Source: a virus. Taken from it: a DNA stretch of 64,000 bases. Location of the stretch: IMG/VR virus record IMGVR_UViG_3300013014_001174, positions 14,220-78,219 of that record. One strand, 5' to 3'. The translations under genes were made by a program, and so were the position numbers. The notes beneath the pieces are model-generated. The model was not told where the DNA came from, made no database searches, and saw only the letters and a list, made by a program, of their open reading frames with translations. Below are positions 41,202 to 47,287 of the stretch, in pieces (the stretch's first letter is position 1; each line of letters starts with the position of its first letter).

Positions 41202-41415
41202 AAAGTTTCCCCACCTGAGATTAATGGTGAGTAGATATTCACAGTTTTTCTATTTGAAAACCCAACGTGTCTTACCACTTAAAAGTCAATCCTTACTTGG
41301 GGGAGAGGAGGATTTTCCAAACCGATTCCCAATGAGTACCACATTTACGCGATAGTACCAGCTTCGTTAAGTTTTGTATGAACTTAAAAACATCTTGAGT
41401 ATCTCTCACTCATTG

Positions 41416-41487
41416 TAGTCCCACCGGGAGTCGAACCCGACTTTTCAGGATGAAAACCTGACGACCTAACCGATAGTCGATGGGACC
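41416..41487 (-). tRNA. tRNA-Glu(TTC)
   Basis: canonical cloverleaf. Confidence 0.9.
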
Positions 41488-41498
41488 ATTTTGTTTTA

Positions 41499-41780
41499 TT
41501 ACAAACCTAACATTTCACCAACTTTTTTGAAATGTTTTTCAATCTTATTCAAAGCAGCCGTAGCCTTTTGTTTGGTCTTGAAGTACACGTAGAACTGACC
41601 ACTTTCAGAATCAAACTCACCTTCAATCTTTAAGACATCTTGTACAAAACTTTCAAACTCATACGCATCTTCCCAATTACGGATTGTGTTTTTGTTTGGG
41701 AATCCTGTCAAACAATAATCGGATCCTTCAATTTTTGTAATTTTTAAACCTACGGTTTTAATTGTCTCTGTGTTTGTCAT
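41499..41780 (-). CDS. hypothetical protein
   Basis: ORF behind host-type promoter at 41801-41832. Confidence 0.6.
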   Translation of the reverse strand: MTNTETIKTVGLKITKIEGSDYCLTGFPNKNTIRNWEDAYEFESFVQDVLKIEGEFDSESGQFYVYFKTKQKATAALNKIEKHFKKVGEMLGL

Positions 41781-42133
41781 AGTTATTTATTTTTGTTCTA
41801 CAAAGATATGTAATCTATTTTAATCTACCAAATCTTTTTTTAAATTTTTTTTGTGGGACCCGCTCCCCACTCTGAACTTGTACTTCGTTCTTTTAAGCGT
41901 TTTTTTTAAGTTCTCCAACCAGCCAGTATTCGTGTTAACTCTAATCATTTTAACTTTTGATGACTCTGAAGTACCTGATAAAATTTCTCTCATCATTTAT
42001 TCGTATTAATTGTTTATTTTTGAGCGGAAGACTTCCGCAAAATAAAAATCAACATTGCTATCAGGATTTAAACGTCGCTCAGAATACTTACTGACGCCCA
42101 CTGGTTGGGTACAGTGACTAGTTGATCTTTTTG

Positions 42134-42214
42134 TACTGATGGTTGGATTCGAACCAACGTTTTAAACTTACCGCTACAGGCATAGACGATATAAGCGTCC
42201 ACTGGTACATCAGC
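42134..42214 (-). tRNA. D-armless tRNA-Ile(TAT)-like RNA
   Basis: GCTGATG/CATCAGT acceptor; GGACG-CTTATAT-CGTCT arm; canonical T-arm; no D-arm; long extra region. Confidence 0.5.
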
Positions 42215-42293
42215 GTAATCGTCAGTCTCTCCTGACCGTCACCCCTAACCCACAGGTATTACCCGTATCGTAGTAAAGCTTGGTTTGCTATAG

Positions 42294-42365
42294 TAGCGTG
42301 TCGTGGATTTGAACCACCCCGTAGACGTTATGAGCGTCCCATGCAACCAATTACACCTTCACGCG
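42294..42365 (-). tRNA. tRNA-Met(CAT), somewhat degenerate
   Basis: GGACG-CTCATAA-CGTCT; C1 mismatch; overlaps end of HNH gene. Confidence 0.7.
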
Positions 42366-42921
42366 ATATATCTATTTTTCCGTTATCAAACTCCCAATGA
42401 TGATTAGGACATAAACCGATTAAATTATCAATTGAGTTTATGTTTCTTATTAATTCATCACCACCAAAAGACGAAACTGAGTTTATATGACAAACCTCAA
42501 CATGATTAGAATATCCACATATTAAACATTCTTTTTTTGTTGTGTGTTTATTAAAAACATAATGTGCGTGTTTTCTAACTACAGCCCTAAATTTATAATA
42601 AACTCCGTGTTTTTCATATAGTTCTTTTTTTGTCATATCTAACAAAAATTCAAACTTTTCTTTTTTTTCTTTTTTAATACCTTCAACTACTTTTTTTTCT
42701 CTTTTCAGTTCTCTAACTTTATTGTTATAAGTCGCAGAACAAGAACTATTACAAAAAGTTTTTTTTCTTACGTGTCTTGGTTTTTCACTTTCTTTAACCT
42801 CAATTATTTTACCACAATTTTTACAAATCTTTGGGTTATCATAATAATTTTTCAAAGAACGCTCTTGTAAAATTTTCTTTGTTGTTTGTGCTCCTTTCTG
42901 ATATTTGTTAAGTTTTTCCAT
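42328..42921 (-). CDS. HNH homing endonuclease
   Basis: CLICGY..VEVCHI...N.IDNLIGLCPNHH.EFD; N-terminal CxxC...FCxxxC. Confidence 0.85.
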   Translation of the reverse strand: MEKLNKYQKGAQTTKKILQERSLKNYYDNPKICKNCGKIIEVKESEKPRHVRKKTFCNSSCSATYNNKVRELKREKKVVEGIKKEKKEKFEFLLDMTKKELYEKHGVYYKFRAVVRKHAHYVFNKHTTKKECLICGYSNHVEVCHINSVSSFGGDELIRNINSIDNLIGLCPNHHWEFDNGKIDISREGVIGCMGRS

Positions 42922-43004
42922 ATATATAAATATATATTAAAGCTCAAAAATACCTATCACTACAAACTTTTTTTAGAGAAATCAACTTTATCTCCCGCGA
43001 TATG

Positions 43005-43110
43005 TAGTCAAAGAAGGATTCGAACCTTCACGGAATAAGTGTAATAGTTACCTTATTCCAAGGAGTTTTGAGTATTATCTCCCAGCGTCTGCCAATTCCG
43101 CCACTTGACT
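43005..43110 (-). tRNA. tRNA-Leu(CAA)-like with expanded anticodon loop and long variable arm
   Basis: Leu-type D arm GGCGGAATTGGCAGACGC; GGAG-ATAATACTCAAAA-CTCC; canonical T-arm. Confidence 0.6.
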
Positions 43111-43238
43111 ATTTAGACTTGTAATTTAGTAGTTGACTCAAACTCTCGTTTCACCATCTTGAGTCAACAGGTTAATGCACTTTACGAGTTTCCCGTTTCT
43201 TACAACCACTTGTCTTTAACAAAGATATGTATTTTATT

Positions 43239-43355
43239 TCAATCTACCAAATCTTTTTTAAACTTTTTTTTTCTTGTGTATTTCTTTTTATTACGATACA
43301 CATTTGGCCTTGTTGCCATCATAATCTCCTGGTATGTAATCTCAATTGTTTTCAT
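43239..43355 (-). CDS. 38-aa basic peptide, ArfA-like (absent from ORF track)
   Basis: MKTIEITYQEIMMATRPNVYRNKKKYTRKKKFKKDLVD. Confidence 0.5.
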   Translation of the reverse strand: MKTIEITYQEIMMATRPNVYRNKKKYTRKKKFKKDLVD

Positions 43356-43647
43356 CGTTATACAATCTTTGAACGTGACTAATTATTTTATTTATATCTT
43401 CTTTTGTTTGGAAACCTAAAACATCATTTGTTAATATTGTATCATAACAAATTTTCCAATTACCCTTCCTTCCTTTAATTATTGCAACCTCCCAGGTTTT
43501 ATCGTCTGTATAAGACGAATATCTGGTACTATAAGGATGTTTATATCTTACAACTGAAAGTCCGTATCCACCAGGAAAAAATATCAATCCGTGAACACCA
43601 TCTCCAGATGTGTGTGGTTTAAATTCTATATCATCAAATGTTATCAT
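43342..43647 (-). CDS. hypothetical phage protein
   Basis: 101-aa ORF with own TACTTTTG promoter. Confidence 0.6.
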   Translation of the reverse strand: MITFDDIEFKPHTSGDGVHGLIFFPGGYGLSVVRYKHPYSTRYSSYTDDKTWEVAIIKGRKGNWKICYDTILTNDVLGFQTKEDINKIISHVQRLYNDENN

Positions 43648-43694
43648 AAGACAAAAGTATAAATAATTTTTTAATTATCAAAATTTCAAAGAAC

Positions 43695-43824
43695 AAAAAA
43701 ACCCACCTCTTTTGGAGATGGGTTTCAAAATTTATTATGCATTAATTTATCATACCATCTCCTTATAGGAACAATCCTCAGCTATCGCCAATCCGCCTAA
43801 TAATATGATATGTAAATTTTTCAT
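43695..43824 (-). promoter_or_regulatory. attenuator 2: 24-aa leader (43750-43824) plus terminator (43695-43725)
   Basis: MKNLHIILLGGLAIAEDCSYKEMV*; leader GGAGATGG complementary to terminator arm CCATCTCC. Confidence 0.65.
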
Positions 43825-43825
43825 T

Positions 43826-44362
43826 TTAGTATCTATTATTTCTACTTTTATCGGATTTTCCGTAATGGTGTCCCGATTGGTATTTATCATAACCTTTTCT
43901 TTTAAACCAAGCGGCGTCTCTAAGAGTATTACTTGCTAAAGCGTAAACCCCTAAAGCTGCAGCAATTCCCCCACTTATAAACATTGCTGCTGGAATAACT
44001 GCCAATCCAGCACCAACTGAACTATAAGTAATAATTTTATCAAGAATATTTCTTATTTTGTATTCAGTATCACCCATTTCTTCTTCATCATCTTCCGTTA
44101 ATACAGACTCCAGAGAATCCTTAATCATAGATTGTAAAGATTTGATACCGTTACTTTCTATAAAATCACGTAACATATCTTGTTCTTCAGAACTCAATCG
44201 TTCTGTCGCTTTTTTACTACTTTGTTCTAATTCCATTTTTGAAACGTCCACATCTGATTCCATATCTTCAGATTGTGAAATCCATTCTTCTTCATTTTCT
44301 TTAATCACTCGTCTAACAATTCTTGCTAAATCTGATTCTGTTAATCTAATAATTCTTTTCAT
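43826..44362 (-). CDS. LTESDL-motif protein with hydrophobic segment
   Basis: MKRIIRLTESDLARIVRRVIKE. Confidence 0.65.
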   Translation of the reverse strand: MKRIIRLTESDLARIVRRVIKENEEEWISQSEDMESDVDVSKMELEQSSKKATERLSSEEQDMLRDFIESNGIKSLQSMIKDSLESVLTEDDEEEMGDTEYKIRNILDKIITYSSVGAGLAVIPAAMFISGGIAAALGVYALASNTLRDAAWFKRKGYDKYQSGHHYGKSDKSRNNRY

Positions 44363-44416
44363 ATCAACATTTTAATATAAATATAACAGTATACAAAAAA
44401 AAACAATAAAGTTTTG

Positions 44417-44496
44417 TACCCCCGGAGAGACTCGAACTCTCACACCCTTCGGCACTGGTGTCTAAAACCAGCATGTCTGCATTCCATCACAGGGGC
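44417..44496 (-). tRNA. tRNA-Leu(TAG)
   Basis: type II cloverleaf. Confidence 0.85.
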
Positions 44497-44505
44497 ATTT
44501 ATTTG

Positions 44506-44577
44506 AGGACCTAATTGGAATCAAACCAATCTAACCGGTTTTGCAGACCGGCACCTAAATCTCTCGGCCATAGGTCC
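44506..44577 (-). tRNA. tRNA-Cys(GCA)
   Basis: cloverleaf with U discriminator. Confidence 0.85.
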
Positions 44578-44582
44578 TTATA

Positions 44583-45038
44583 TTAACGGCAGTGATGATC
44601 TGCCGCTTTTGTTGCAATTTGATTGTCAGGTTTAATATTTGTTTTATAACCCAACGACGTTGCCCACCCAACAACAGGTTGAACCAATTTTGAACTGAAA
44701 TGTTTTTCTTGACTATTATAATCTAAATCAATCTCAACTATCACCTTCACTTTCTGGGTTAACCATTCGGCAACCTCAATTGAATAATCGGCCTCATTCC
44801 AAAGACGTGTCCATTTGTCTTTAATTTTTTTCACTTTCTGTTTATGTAGTATGTAGTGAACACCACGATTTCCATACCGGTATGCAATAACCGTAACATA
44901 AATTGTACTTCTTCTGTGATTTTGTGAATCTGTACCAATGTGGACCTCAACCCAGGGACATTCTTTCAGAACATCTAAGGTATGTTTTACCACATCAGGA
45001 ATTGTTTCACCGTTAACCGTTCTAAATACTCTGTTCAT
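44583..45038 (-). CDS. RNase H-like YkuK (DUF458) family protein
   Basis: IGTDSQ, RLWNEA..S, ATKAADH motifs. Confidence 0.75.
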   Translation of the reverse strand: MNRVFRTVNGETIPDVVKHTLDVLKECPWVEVHIGTDSQNHRRSTIYVTVIAYRYGNRGVHYILHKQKVKKIKDKWTRLWNEADYSIEVAEWLTQKVKVIVEIDLDYNSQEKHFSSKLVQPVVGWATSLGYKTNIKPDNQIATKAADHHCR

Positions 45039-45055
45039 TATTTCTATTTATTTTG

Positions 45056-45128
45056 TGGACAGGGAGGGTGTCGAACCCCCGACTCCAGGATCTTCAATCC
45101 TGAGCTCTACCAACTGAGCTACCTGTCC
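45056..45128 (-). tRNA. tRNA-Phe(GAA)
   Basis: canonical cloverleaf. Confidence 0.9.
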
Positions 45129-45132
45129 AGTG

Positions 45133-45213
45133 TGGAAGTGGTAGGGGTCGAACCTACACGCCTTTCGGACTTGATTTACAGTCAAGCGAGCCAGCCAAAT
45201 GCTCAACACTTCC
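45133..45213 (-). tRNA. tRNA-Tyr(GTA)
   Basis: type II cloverleaf. Confidence 0.88.
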
Positions 45214-45223
45214 TTATTATTTG

Positions 45224-45297
45224 TACACTCTACAGGGGTCGAACCTGTGACCTTTTGCGTATCAGACAAACGCTACTACCATCTGAGCTAAGAGTGT
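45224..45297 (-). tRNA. tRNA-Ile(GAT)
   Basis: canonical cloverleaf. Confidence 0.9.
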
Positions 45298-45367
45298 GTT
45301 TTAGTTTCTTGGAACGAAGATAACCATTTTTTGGTAATTATCGTTCTTTTTTACTAAATTTTTTTTG

Positions 45368-45438
45368 TTCCCCCGGACGGTAACGCTCCGACTTCTTTCC
45401 GTTAAAAGCGGAAAGCTTCACTTTAAAGCTTCGAGGGA
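45368..45438 (-). tRNA. tRNA-Lys(TTT) with atypical D and T loops
   Basis: TTCCG-CTTTTAA-CGGAA; T-loop AGCGTTA. Confidence 0.65.
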
Positions 45439-45497
45439 TTCTGTTTGTCATACTTGTCACTTTCCATAACACTTGTTTTTATTTGTTTATTTATTAG

Positions 45498-45568
45498 TCG
45501 AATGTGTACGAATCGAACGTCTCCCGAATGTCCCAAACATCCTGTGCAACCATTACACCACACACTCG
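45498..45568 (-). tRNA. tRNA-Pro(TGG)
   Basis: cloverleaf with C1-G72. Confidence 0.8.
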
Positions 45569-45583
45569 TTATTTTTTTTTTTG

Positions 45584-45668
45584 CTACGGGGGGAGGGATC
45601 GAACCTCCAATGGTAATTTACCTCCAGGGTCAAAACCTGGTGACTTTGCCTAATTCGTCTACCCCGCA
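45584..45668 (-). tRNA. tRNA-Gln(TTG) with long variable region
   Basis: U1-A72; CCAGG-TTTTGAC-CCTGG; extra GGTAAATTACC hairpin. Confidence 0.8.
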
Positions 45669-45676
45669 ATTTACAG

Positions 45677-45760
45677 AGGAGAGATGAGGTGTCGATCCCC
45701 ATACCTTTCAGTACCAACCGTTTTCAAGACGGTGTCACAAGCCGTTGTGATTATCTCTCC
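45677..45760 (-). tRNA. tRNA-Ser(TGA)
   Basis: type II cloverleaf. Confidence 0.82.
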
Positions 45761-45800
45761 TTTTATGAAACCAATATGTCAAAGAACTTTTTCTTTTTTG

Positions 45801-45873
45801 AGGTTCCTATCAGGGTCGAACTGATGACTCCGGGTTACAAAGCCGGGATATTACCAAACTATACTAAGGAACC
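45801..45873 (-). tRNA. tRNA-Thr(TGT)
   Basis: cloverleaf; loop TTTGTAA. Confidence 0.82.
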
Positions 45874-45887
45874 AAATTTTTGGGTAT

Positions 45888-46060
45888 AAAAAAACCCGAA
45901 CTGTTTTGAGTCCGGGTCTTATATTCCTTTTTATTTTTGTTAATCTTTATCAACTCATAAATGAAAACGCCCTAATATGCGACTTAAACGTAAGATACAC
46001 GTTAAACGACCACTGAATGCTCGGATTACAAATGTTCATATGTTTATTAGTTGTTTTCAT
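45888..46060 (-). promoter_or_regulatory. attenuator 1: 36-aa leader (45950-46060) plus terminator (45888-45918)
   Basis: MKTTNKHMNICNPSIQWSFNVYLTFKSHIRAFSFMS*; ACCCGGACT/AGTTCGGGT hairpin and T-run 14 nt before tRNA-Thr. Confidence 0.7.
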
Positions 46061-46113
46061 TTTTTGTTTTGTTATAAATATACTGTTATTACTAAAAGTT
46101 TTAATTTCTGTTA

Positions 46114-46144
46114 CAAAGATAGGTTATTTTTTTTAATTGACAAG
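46114..46144 (-). promoter_or_regulatory. Bacteroidota-type promoter of leader 1/tRNA operon
   Basis: CTTG, 19 nt, TATCTTTG; TATTTATA motif also at 46073-46080. Confidence 0.75.
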
Positions 46145-46158
46145 TTTTTTTATTTTAT

Positions 46159-46425
46159 TTATCTTCTTCTTCTTGCTTCTTGGAATATTTTTTCAAACAC
46201 ATCCCCCATACCGGCACCATTTGCACTCACTCTTTTCCCTAAAATTGACTCAATATCCGAAAACTCCTCACTTGTCATTATATCACTAGTTTTAGATAAA
46301 AAATTTCTAAAAAACCTATCTGGAATATCGTCCATAGTTTTTTTCTTACCTTCTTTGTCTTCATTAATAACTTGTCTAACAATTCTTGTTAAATCTGATT
46401 CTGTTAGTTTAACTACTTTTTTCAT
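46159..46425 (-). CDS. LTESDL-motif protein
   Basis: MKKVVKLTESDLTRIVRQVINE. Confidence 0.65.
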   Translation of the reverse strand: MKKVVKLTESDLTRIVRQVINEDKEGKKKTMDDIPDRFFRNFLSKTSDIMTSEEFSDIESILGKRVSANGAGMGDVFEKIFQEARRRR

Positions 46426-46453
46426 AATCTTTTATTTATAAATATATTATTAT

Positions 46454-46894
46454 TTAGTATTCCCAAGATTTTTTTTTCGGCCCTTCAGAACTACATATTA
46501 TTGGTTCGTCAATAATATTCCAACGTCTATGTTCTATTTCTTCCATTAATTCTTCATCAAATTCTTCGTGGTCTAACATTCCATCCAAAATTTCATAGGT
46601 CCTTTCAATATTTCCACAAATAAAATCACTAACATATTCTGGTGTTGGTCCACTTACCGGTAATTCAGCTGTTATCATATATTCACCGTCATTATAGTTA
46701 TCACAAATTAATACAGCACCGAATTTTGAATATTCTCTATTTGTTACTTTATTTTCAGCAACTTTAATTTTACAAGCAACTCCTGTTCTTGGGTGTGTAT
46801 ATTTAAGGTCTTCTTCGGAATACTTTTCTTCTTTAATAATTCTTTTAATAAGTCTTATTAAATCAGATTCCGTTAGTATTACTTTTTTCTTCAT
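46454..46894 (-). CDS. LTESDL-motif protein
   Basis: MKKKVILTESDLIRLIKRIIKE. Confidence 0.65.
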   Translation of the reverse strand: MKKKVILTESDLIRLIKRIIKEEKYSEEDLKYTHPRTGVACKIKVAENKVTNREYSKFGAVLICDNYNDGEYMITAELPVSGPTPEYVSDFICGNIERTYEILDGMLDHEEFDEELMEEIEHRRWNIIDEPIICSSEGPKKKSWEY

Positions 46895-46989
46895 AGATAT
46901 AAATATCTTGAAGGTATGAAAAATAATCTTCAGAGTTTATAAATTCATTGTGTATTTGTTCAAATATATCTTCCATACTATTTTTTTAG

Positions 46990-47064
46990 TGATCCCGGAA
47001 GGATTTGAACCTTCAACCCTCGCCTTAGAAGGGCGATGCTCTAATCCAATTGAGCTACGGGACC
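46990..47064 (-). tRNA. tRNA-Arg(TCT)
   Basis: canonical cloverleaf. Confidence 0.9.
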
Positions 47065-47069
47065 AAGTT

Positions 47070-47249
47070 TTAAATCTCTTTAACTTCGTATGTGTGTCCA
47101 GAATCTGAATTTAATTCAAATATCTCTCTCATTTTTTTAGCTTCCTCAAGTGAATTAAATTCTAAAATTTCAGATTCACTATTTAATATGATAACAGGAA
47201 CTCTTTTTTTGTTATCATTCATTTTAATGTGTTTAATTATTACGTACAT
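47070..47249 (-). CDS. 59-aa hypothetical protein (absent from ORF track)
   Basis: MYVIIKHIKMNDNKKRVPVIILN... Confidence 0.55.
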   Translation of the reverse strand: MYVIIKHIKMNDNKKRVPVIILNSESEILEFNSLEEAKKMREIFELNSDSGHTYEVKEI

Positions 47250-47287
47250 ATTTTTTTATTAAATTATACCAATAAAAAAATGATAAA

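Noticed and set aside
41820-41996. ~58-aa minus-strand ORF MMREILSG...
   Set aside because: Runs into a promoter region and has no recognisable motif; left uncalled
45302-45352. Micro-ORF MVIFVPRN in a hairpin between tRNAs as a third attenuator
   Set aside because: No U-tailed terminator follows; too short to support
44982-46441. ORF-track ORFs overlapping tRNAs or antisense to leader 1
   Set aside because: Shadows of tRNA genes and minus-strand genes
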